64,000 bases of DNA from Saprospira sp. CCB-QB6. Its GTDB lineage: Bacteria > Bacteroidota > Bacteroidia > Chitinophagales > Saprospiraceae. Positions within the stretch are counted from its first letter, which is position 1. Every line of letters begins with the position of its first letter. The stretch is from NCBI RefSeq assembly GCF_028464065.1, contig NZ_CP116808.1:1327886-1391885 (forward strand). Reading direction: 5' to 3'. Below, in pieces: positions 57,321 through 64,000 of this stretch. Under the pieces are notes generated by a model. That model was not told where the DNA came from and ran no database searches. It saw nothing but the letters and a program-made list of their open reading frames with translations. The translations under genes were made by a program, and so were the position numbers.

Positions 57321-58523
57321 ATGCACGAGCACAGACAGACAGACAGACAGACAGACAGCCCTAACCAGCATAATATATTAGGCGCAACTATTTCTGAAAG
57401 TGACTTAATACTTGATGAAGAAGAACAACTATGCAACAGCTATGAATTTAAGCCACAACTTGATGGGCTCTCTTTTGACAAAGCATTCTTAGATGAATTA
57501 GAGATTGGAAGCAATGGTCCTGTACATATACTTGCTTCTGCACGTAATGCACTTTTTGGCATCCCCGGCTTGGATTATTTCCCACTTATAACGCTTAGTA
57601 GTCAAGGAAATGGAATTTGGGAATTTTATAGTGCTGGAGTTCATAATACCTCTTTGGGATTAAGTAATGCACCTATTTCTTTTTCATGGAAAGAAGATGA
57701 GCCTTTAGAAGGCTCATTGAAACAATATCTAGATAAAAACAGTACTGCTAAAAATGAAAAAGGTCGAATTCGGTACGTCCAGTTAATCAAGAAAACAATA
57801 GTAGCTAATGGTCAAACAATTGAATATCTTTATCCAGAAGCTGATGCAGATCTAGAAAACCCTAAGTATAAAGACCTCATATCCAATATCGAAAAAATAC
57901 GATTAGGTTCTGCTAGCTTCAGAGCCCTTAATGAGCTTATCGAGGAATCAGGAGAAGAAGTTTGTATTGGTTTACTCCCTAGTGACGATCCGTTTTGGGA
58001 GAATTACGGAGCTTCTGCTGTTGCACAGCAACCGATGGGAGTATATCAAGATTTACCTGGTGTAATTGCATATAAAACTCCAGCATCACCTTTAATGTTC
58101 AATGCTGAAGAGATTTCTACGATTACAGAAGAGTTATTTCATCAGTATCAGAATATTCTTTATGAAAGATTATTTGAGTTTGGAATCCACAACATCAATC
58201 CTGTATTAACTGTCAATATGGAGGCTGAGGCAAAAGTATTCAACAAGCTTGTTATTGATGAATTAGGGTTAGAATTTTCCCCTTATCTTCCAGATTACCT
58301 ACTAACTATCTACACAAACAATAGTTACACTCATGGATTGGAAGGCTTTCCACAACATCTGTATAAAATAAGTCAAGAAAACAATCAACTTATTGAAGGC
58401 CATTTGTTAGAGGACTACTTTACTTACTTAAAGGTGTTTGAAGCTAACCAGTACAGAAATAAAAACTATGAAGAAATTCCTCCCGATGCTTTTAACAATG
58501 TTATACGGCAAAAAAATAAATAG
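57321..58523 (+). CDS. hypothetical protein (400 aa) in an AT-rich islet; carries an (ACAG)7 repeat at codons 4-13
   Basis: The ORF is open with the repeat in its present length; no domain recognised. Confidence 0.45.
   Translation: MHEHRQTDRQTDSPNQHNILGATISESDLILDEEEQLCNSYEFKPQLDGLSFDKAFLDELEIGSNGPVHILASARNALFGIPGLDYFPLITLSSQGNGIWEFYSAGVHNTSLGLSNAPISFSWKEDEPLEGSLKQYLDKNSTAKNEKGRIRYVQLIKKTIVANGQTIEYLYPEADADLENPKYKDLISNIEKIRLGSASFRALNELIEESGEEVCIGLLPSDDPFWENYGASAVAQQPMGVYQDLPGVIAYKTPASPLMFNAEEISTITEELFHQYQNILYERLFEFGIHNINPVLTVNMEAEAKVFNKLVIDELGLEFSPYLPDYLLTIYTNNSYTHGLEGFPQHLYKISQENNQLIEGHLLEDYFTYLKVFEANQYRNKNYEEIPPDAFNNVIRQKNK
57331..57358 (+). repeat. (ACAG)7 tetranucleotide microsatellite inside the 5' end of a CDS
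   Basis: ACAGACAGACAGACAGACAGACAGACAG translated as TDRQTDRQTD. Confidence 0.95.
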
Positions 58524-59022
58524 CTTCACTTTGTGTTGTTGTTTAAGTTTAAGCCTTTTAGGACAGTCCTCGGCAGGGCCTTGTAGTGAAACCATCTGTG
58601 ATTCTTGCGTCATTAAGCTAGAGGGGATCCATTATACCTTTAAGCCTAACCCTTTTTGTGTTTTTCAAAAAGAATATGAAGTGAAAGCAAGCCTTCCTAA
58701 AGAAAAAAGAGCTGCCGCCGAGGCTATATTTTTCATCTGGGGGGGAGGCAAAAATAGAACAACTGCATACTGCAAAAAAATTAGATCTAAAACTACACTT
58801 TCGTCTAACGATAGTCTTTTTTTAGAAGAACTATCAGCTAGAATTAGCTGCACAGTTAAAGCCTATTATTCAGAGCCTTATTACAATGACTTTGCGATGA
58901 TGTTCTATTTTTACAAGGATAAAGAGAACCAAAACAGATTAAAACGGCAAGCGAAACCCCTTAATGGGCTATTAAGTATTTGGAGTATTTTACAGCCTAT
59001 TTTCTACCTAGATAAAAATTAG
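58468..59022 (+). CDS. small Cys-rich secreted hypothetical protein (the track ORF starts at 58438; the Met at 58468 gives the signal peptide MKKFLPMLL...)
   Basis: Signal-like N-terminus, 11 Cys; overlaps the 3' end of the upstream gene in another frame. Confidence 0.35.
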   Translation: MKKFLPMLLTMLYGKKINSFTLCCCLSLSLLGQSSAGPCSETICDSCVIKLEGIHYTFKPNPFCVFQKEYEVKASLPKEKRAAAEAIFFIWGGGKNRTTAYCKKIRSKTTLSSNDSLFLEELSARISCTVKAYYSEPYYNDFAMMFYFYKDKENQNRLKRQAKPLNGLLSIWSILQPIFYLDKN

Positions 59023-59087
59023 CGTTACAGCATTATCCCTTTTTATTAGTTGTAGAACAGCCTCTTATATTGTGGTAGGTTTCACAT

Positions 59088-59228
59088 ACATCCTACAGGG
59101 CCGAAGGCCCGCAGGCCTAGGGGCCTGAAAGGGTGGCCGCAGGCCAGACCGAAGCCCGAAGGGCTGAAGGACCGAGCAGACCTGCGAGCCCTGCAAGGGC
59201 CCGGCCGCCGCAGGCGGCAGGCCCCAAA
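59088..59228 (-). repeat. REP/MITE-like element copy
   Basis: GGGTGGCCGCAGGCCAGACCGAAGCCCGAAGGGCTGAAGGACCGAGCAGACCTGCGAGCCCTGCAAGGGCCCGGCCGCCGCAGGCGGCAGGCCCCAAATCC. Confidence 0.6.
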
Positions 59229-59230
59229 TC

Positions 59231-60865
59231 CTAACCTACTACTCCACTCACTTTAATGAGATAGACATCTTGCAATTGTTCGGCTCGGCTAGCAGGGTTG
59301 AGGAACTTAGCGGTTAGTCGGGTAACGTGGAAGTGATTGAAATGCTTAATCTTCTCGTAGCGAATGCCTGCTTTATCGAGTTCGGCTAGGCTTTTTCCAC
59401 GGATGAGGATAATCCATTCGGCTTGTCCTGCGGCCTTTTCGACATCCTTGGGAGAATCGAAAACCTTGGCCACCTTGCCTAGGTAGAAATCAAAAGAGTG
59501 TTGAGAGAAATCGTAGACGCCAATTTCTTGATCGGCCAGGTCCTCTTGCACTAAATACTGAGCGGCTTCGGAGCCAGATTGATAGGGTAAGAGCTCTTGA
59601 TAGACATAGGCATTTAGGCCTACATTCACGATAGCCATGGCAAAAACGGCGGGTAAGACCAATTGCATAGGGCGCTCTTGTTTAAATTTAAAGTAGGGGA
59701 TAAAGCTAGCTAAAGCGGCTAAAATAAGAAGGGCCAGCAACCAAATAGGGGCGCCGGGGAAAACCCAGCCCATCAAAAGGGCCAAAAAGGCTAGGGCTGC
59801 GATATGTAGGACAATACTTTGGCCGAGAGCCAGCGGCCAAGCCCAAGACTTGCTCGATTTGGCCAAATTCATTAACTGATGAGCCACCAAAACGGCCATC
59901 ATGCCATACATGGGAAAAATATAGTGCGGCAACTTATAGCGAGAAAAAGAGAGAGCAATAAAGGGGAGCACAAAGCCACCAAGCGTGAGTAATTCCACCT
60001 TTTTGCCCTGCCAAAACTCTTGCAAGCGACGGAGCATAGCCCAGATAGCGAGGGCAGACCAAGGCAAAAAGGACCATAAGAAAGTGTGTACAAAAAAGAA
60101 CTTTCCGCTATCATTGGCCCATTCATTTTCTCCAGTGATACGGCCAAAGCTTTGTTTCCAGAAAAAGAAATAGATTCCCTCCCAATCGGGAAACTGCAGA
60201 TAGAGTCCATACAACATAGGGGCTAAAACCAGCAAAACAATAGGTGCGCCGAGCAGCCACTGCCAGCGGAAGAGCATCTTCCAATTTTTTTGGCCCAGGA
60301 GATAGCAGCCAATAGCGGCGCCGGGGACCACTGCTCCCAATGGGCCTTTGGCCATCATGGCAAAGCCCACGGCCACAAAGCCCCAAAACAAATGTTTGAG
60401 TTGGGCGCCATTTACGTACTTGACCAACTGCCAGATCGCCAAGATAGAGAAGTTAGAGATCAGGGTATCGGTGCGCACATCATGATTAAACATCAGCCAA
60501 GCTTGGGTACTGGCTAAAATCAGGGCGGCCAATTGGCCCGTTTGTTTATTGTAGAGCTCCTTACCGAGTTGGTAAGTGGCCCAGAAGCCCATAATTGAAG
60601 AGAGGACCGAGGGCAGGCGGAAAGCCCATTGAGAAACGCCAAAGATGGCGTAAAACAAAGCCGAGGACCAGAATAAAAGTGGTGGTTTATCCAAATAATC
60701 CTTAGCCTTATGGTGGACTTGCAACCATTCGCCCGATTGCAACATCTCTTGACTAATAGATGCATATTGGGCCGAATCCACATCCATAATAGTGACCATA
60801 AAAAGCCCCAAAACATAGGCTAAGGCCAAGGCGGGCCATGCCCATTTATAAGCTGTAGGCTGCAT
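59231..60865 (-). CDS. GT39/ArnT-like (PMT family) membrane glycosyltransferase with C-terminal soluble domain
   Basis: DVDSAQYASISQEMLQSGEWL...KDYLDKPPLLFW matches the ArnT/PMT N-terminal loop; about 11 TMs. Confidence 0.6.
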   Translation of the reverse strand: MQPTAYKWAWPALALAYVLGLFMVTIMDVDSAQYASISQEMLQSGEWLQVHHKAKDYLDKPPLLFWSSALFYAIFGVSQWAFRLPSVLSSIMGFWATYQLGKELYNKQTGQLAALILASTQAWLMFNHDVRTDTLISNFSILAIWQLVKYVNGAQLKHLFWGFVAVGFAMMAKGPLGAVVPGAAIGCYLLGQKNWKMLFRWQWLLGAPIVLLVLAPMLYGLYLQFPDWEGIYFFFWKQSFGRITGENEWANDSGKFFFVHTFLWSFLPWSALAIWAMLRRLQEFWQGKKVELLTLGGFVLPFIALSFSRYKLPHYIFPMYGMMAVLVAHQLMNLAKSSKSWAWPLALGQSIVLHIAALAFLALLMGWVFPGAPIWLLALLILAALASFIPYFKFKQERPMQLVLPAVFAMAIVNVGLNAYVYQELLPYQSGSEAAQYLVQEDLADQEIGVYDFSQHSFDFYLGKVAKVFDSPKDVEKAAGQAEWIILIRGKSLAELDKAGIRYEKIKHFNHFHVTRLTAKFLNPASRAEQLQDVYLIKVSGVVG

Positions 60866-61104
60866 AAAAGCCGTTTTTGATGTTTAAAAAACTGCGCAAA
60901 AGTAGCACTTTTCAACTAGATTCATCGGCTATTCCTTGGCCTTGCTCGGAAAACCCCCATAAACTGAAAGCCTTTAGGGATGATTTTGTAATTTTACTAG
61001 CTGTTTGAGTGCTGCCCCCCTTGAGTAGAGAGATCCTTCTTCTTGCTCAGCAGTTGTTCAGCAGCCCCTCCATCTAATTTCTATCATTTGAAACACCAGA
61101 ATTT

Positions 61105-62127
61105 ATGCTTGCCCAGATGACTCATGGCGAACAACTAAAAGAACTGCTACAGACGCCAAAAAACATCGTCATTAGTGGACATGTCAATCCAGATGCCGAT
61201 GCTCTTGGTTCTACCTTGGCCCTTTACCACTACCTTCAAACCCTTGGGCATCGTGTTCAAGTGATTATGCCTAGTGAATTGCCGCAGATGTTAGACTTTA
61301 TGCCAGGTTTTCATCTTATTTGGAACTATGAGCGTAAGCAGAAGACCAGCAATGCGACTATTCTGCAGGCGGACATTCTCTTTTCCTTAGACTATAGTGC
61401 CTTAGATCGTTTGGACAGCATGGAAAGCGTCTGGCGAAATGCCAAGGGCTACAAAGTATTGATTGACCATCATATGCAGCCAGAGGATTTTGCTCAAAGT
61501 CAGCTTTGGCGGACAACCTCTAGCTCTACGGCCGAGTTGGTCTATGACTACTTTGCAGAATTGGGGGTATTGGACCAAGTACCGCTTATGGCTTTCGAGT
61601 GTCTTTATGTGGGCATACTTGGGGATACGGGTCGTTTTCAGCATGCGACCAATGCTCATCTTTTCCGCATCATTGCGGATATGACGGATCGGGGCTTGAA
61701 CAGCAACTACATTACGAATATGATGACCAATTCTTTTAGTGAGAAGAAGATGCGTCTTTTTGGTCATTGTATTAGTAAAATGTCTTTTGTAGAGGGGTTA
61801 GATGTGGGGTATATTGCTCTTACCCAGGCTGAGCATCAGGAATTTGATATTCAGAGAGGAGATTTAGAGGGGGTCGTGAATACTATTTTGCAAATTCGCA
61901 GAGTGAAGGTAGCTGCCCTGATTACAGAGAGAAAAGACCGGGTAAAATTATCTTTGCGTTCCAAGGGAGATTTCTCGGTTCAGGAGGTCTGCAAGAACCA
62001 CTTTAATGGAGGGGGGCATCGGAATGCTTCTGGGGGGATGACTCGAGAGAGTTTAGAAGAAACATTAGCTCGCTTTAAACGCCTGATGAATGAAGACTAT
62101 GCTTCGGTTTTGCGTACTGTTGATTAG
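61105..62127 (+). CDS. nrnA: DHH/DHHA1 phosphoesterase NrnA-like (oligoribonuclease / pAp phosphatase)
   Basis: GHVNPDADALGS, DHH (LIDHHMQ) and C-terminal GGGH (DHHA1) motifs. Confidence 0.65.
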   Translation: MLAQMTHGEQLKELLQTPKNIVISGHVNPDADALGSTLALYHYLQTLGHRVQVIMPSELPQMLDFMPGFHLIWNYERKQKTSNATILQADILFSLDYSALDRLDSMESVWRNAKGYKVLIDHHMQPEDFAQSQLWRTTSSSTAELVYDYFAELGVLDQVPLMAFECLYVGILGDTGRFQHATNAHLFRIIADMTDRGLNSNYITNMMTNSFSEKKMRLFGHCISKMSFVEGLDVGYIALTQAEHQEFDIQRGDLEGVVNTILQIRRVKVAALITERKDRVKLSLRSKGDFSVQEVCKNHFNGGGHRNASGGMTRESLEETLARFKRLMNEDYASVLRTVD

Positions 62128-62947
62128 CAGTAGTTTACTTTGGGCTTGTCAGGTGGATCCTTGGGAGCAGGCGGAAGAGGGCTATTTGTTTAGGTTCTTA
62201 GAGCAGGCTTCGGCTGAGGGGCTAGCCCCTCAGTTTGGGGATTCTATATGTTTTAGCTATAGTTTAGTTTTGCCAGATAGTGTTCAGCGGGCCAAGCGTT
62301 GTCTTATTTACCCAGTAAAGGAGCAGCGCAACTTCTTTTTGTATCCTTTGGCCCAAATGCGTACAGGAGATAGTTTAGCTGTGGTTTGGAGCTATGCTCA
62401 ATTGGCCGAAGAATGGCCAGAGGGGGCAGAACAATTTGCTCCTACGGATAGTGTAAGGGTACAGTATCGTTTAGCTTATGTTTTGGATCGGCTATCGTTA
62501 AAGGCGAAGCGGGAGCAGGACTATGCTTTGGCTAAAGGTTTTGTTCAAGTAGAAGACTGGCAAGAAGAACGTTTATTGAAGCTGGAGCAGGCAGATAGTT
62601 TGGAGACTTTGCTTACTGATTATCGGGCGGCATATTTGGCCCAGATATTAAACTTTGAGCAAGCGGAAGAGGGTTTCTTCTTTAAGTTAGAAGGGCAAGG
62701 GCAGGGAAAAGCAGCTGCTTATTGGGCCTATTATATCTTATTGGAATTGGATAATGCTCAGTTGCTTGATAATAATTTGCGGAGAGCTGATCGGTTACCC
62801 TTAGAACAGGCTAGCAATAAGCTACCCAACTACTACCAACAGGCTGTGGCAAAAATGGAAGTAGGGCAAAGGGGGTACTTTATTTTCCCTGAAAGTAGCA
62901 AAGTACTTTATTTGGAATTAGTGGCTGCAAAAGAGCAAGCAGAATAA
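62090..62947 (+). CDS. hypothetical lipoprotein
   Basis: Signal MKTMLRFCVLLISSSLLWAC; overlaps the nrnA 3' end by 38 nt. Confidence 0.4.
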   Translation: MKTMLRFCVLLISSSLLWACQVDPWEQAEEGYLFRFLEQASAEGLAPQFGDSICFSYSLVLPDSVQRAKRCLIYPVKEQRNFFLYPLAQMRTGDSLAVVWSYAQLAEEWPEGAEQFAPTDSVRVQYRLAYVLDRLSLKAKREQDYALAKGFVQVEDWQEERLLKLEQADSLETLLTDYRAAYLAQILNFEQAEEGFFFKLEGQGQGKAAAYWAYYILLELDNAQLLDNNLRRADRLPLEQASNKLPNYYQQAVAKMEVGQRGYFIFPESSKVLYLELVAAKEQAE

Positions 62948-62957
62948 GCTCAAATCT

Positions 62958-63995
62958 ATGTTTAGATTTACGGAACTACAGGCGGCAGAACCGCCGCAGG
63001 CTGAGGGATGGGCAGCAGTGGCCGCAGGCCAGACCGAGCCGCCTTTGGCGGCGAAGGGCCGAGCGAATAGCGAGCTGCGAGACAGCCCGACCCGCAGGCC
63101 CAAAGGGCCGAAGGGGCAGCCCCAAAAAAATGGTTTCTACCTTTTCGCACTACTTATTTTCGGTTTATTTTTAACTGCTTGTCGGTCGGTGCCCAAGGGT
63201 TGGAGCAGTTATAATCGGGGGCAATTTTGGTATAAGAGCATGAGGGAAAGGGAGGCCGACTCGCTGTTTTTGCCTCAAGAGGGGGATCAATTAGAGATCA
63301 ATTATAGTATTTGGAAGGGAGATAGTTTGCTTTTGAGTTCTGCCCAGCAAATGCAGCCTGTTTTGGTAGAAATGCCCTCGGCCAAGGCACATAATTTATT
63401 TACGGAGGCTTTGAGTTTAATGGCTGAAGGGGATAGTTTAGAGGTTTTGGTTTTGGCGGAAGAGGCAGCGGATATTTTGGGCCCTTATGCGGCTGAATTT
63501 GGGGCGAAAGAGCGGGTGCGATTTGGGTATCGGCTCAAAACGCTAAAAAGCAAGGCACAATTGGAGGCAGAGATTCAAGCGGAGCGGGCAAGGGTAGCAG
63601 AGCGGCGAGCTTGGATTTTGGCAGAATTGGAAATAGATAGCAGTCTGAATCAGTTAGCGGGAAAAGGGAGAGAAGGACTTCGGTTTAAGAAGCTAAAGTC
63701 TAGTAAAGGTCCAAAACTTCAGCTTGGGCAGCTGGCTCAAATCCAATATATTTGTCTCCTACCTAATGGAGAAATCATAGATGATAGTTTTTTGAGTATG
63801 CGTCCAATTTGGGTAGAATTAGGTGATCTCAAGATGATTCGGGGTTGGTCCTTGGCCCTACAAGAATTTGCAGAGGGGGAACAAGGGCTAATTTATTTGC
63901 CAGCAGCTTTAGCTTATGGGCAATTGGGGAATCCGCCTTTTGTGCCGCCTAATAGTCCACTCATATTTTATATAGAAGTACTGACCACTAAATAA
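62958..63995 (+). CDS. FKBP-type peptidyl-prolyl cis-trans isomerase lipoprotein (start uncertain because a REP copy occupies codons 8-57)
   Basis: C-terminal FKBP domain GQLAQIQYICLLPNGEIIDDSF...PIWVELGDLKMIRGWSLALQEFAEGEQGLIYLPAALAYGQLGNPPFVPPNSPLIFYIEVL; lipoprotein signal FYLFALLIFGLFLTAC after the repeat. Confidence 0.6.
   Translation: MFRFTELQAAEPPQAEGWAAVAAGQTEPPLAAKGRANSELRDSPTRRPKGPKGQPQKNGFYLFALLIFGLFLTACRSVPKGWSSYNRGQFWYKSMREREADSLFLPQEGDQLEINYSIWKGDSLLLSSAQQMQPVLVEMPSAKAHNLFTEALSLMAEGDSLEVLVLAEEAADILGPYAAEFGAKERVRFGYRLKTLKSKAQLEAEIQAERARVAERRAWILAELEIDSSLNQLAGKGREGLRFKKLKSSKGPKLQLGQLAQIQYICLLPNGEIIDDSFLSMRPIWVELGDLKMIRGWSLALQEFAEGEQGLIYLPAALAYGQLGNPPFVPPNSPLIFYIEVLTTK
62988..63130 (-). 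repeat. REP/MITE-like element copy lying inside the 5' end of the FKBP lipoprotein ORF
   Basis: GGCTGAGGGATGGGCAGCAGTGGCCGCAGGCCAGACCGAGCCGCCTTTGGCGGCGAAGGGCCGAGCGAATAGCGAGCTGCGAGACAGCCCGACCCG...GGGGCAGCCCCAAAAAAA. Confidence 0.7.
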
Positions 63996-64000
63996 GAACA

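Overview
This 64 kb window looks like chromosomal DNA from a Bacteroidota-type genome. The basis is the -7 promoter motif TAnnTTTG found directly upstream of both tRNAs and several genes, and the weak or absent Shine-Dalgarno sequences. Overall GC is roughly 48-50 %, with a few AT-rich islets. Gene content is mostly housekeeping and stress metabolism: 
- a beta-ketoacyl-ACP synthase 3' end, tRNA-Leu(TAG), trigger factor and RecJ
- a 1976-aa acidic repeat protein
- a thiolase-like enzyme, an RsbR-like STAS protein and a glycerophosphodiester phosphodiesterase
- an arginase-family enzyme, a Wzx-like flippase, a PLP trans-sulfuration enzyme and a TlpA-like thiol-disulfide oxidoreductase
- an M14 carboxypeptidase, a class-A beta-lactamase-like hydrolase, tRNA-Met(CAT) and a UbiA prenyltransferase
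- a LexA-like S24 repressor
- a persulfide-dioxygenase-rhodanese fusion with a split YeeE/YedE transporter
- a TPP-riboswitch-controlled thiS-thiC-tenI-thiD-thiE-thiG operon
- a POT peptide transporter
- an arsR-(Cys-tail protein)-arsC-ACR3 arsenic operon
- rhodaneses, TerC, MscS, a GT39/ArnT-like glycosyltransferase, NrnA and an FKBP lipoprotein.

The most conspicuous non-genic signal is a dense family of about 22 copies of a GC-rich, ~130-180 bp REP/MITE-like intergenic element (termini TTTTGGGGC...GCCCCAAAA). Copies occur in both orientations and often as inverted pairs. One copy sits inside the variable P3 loop of the TPP riboswitch and another lies in-frame within the 5' end of the FKBP lipoprotein ORF. 

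Other unexplained structure: 
- a 41-bp x ~9.6 tandem array with 123-bp higher-order periodicity abutting the start of the TlpA-like gene
- a ~650 bp CTAG-rich array of ~30 degenerate ~22-bp hairpin-prone repeats with no ORF
- an (ACAG)7 tetranucleotide tract at codons 4-13 of a hypothetical gene in an AT-rich islet bounded by REP copies (a phase-variation candidate)
- a hairpin family with covarying stems and a conserved TTAAAA loop
- a giant intracellular protein built from about 20 copies of a K-x-[YF]-x-x-G-[YF]-[YF]-x-[GA]-F-N-x-x-Y-like module.

No CRISPR array, no phage or transposase genes and no recognisable defence system were seen. All homology calls are by eye from the translated ORFs, not from database searches.
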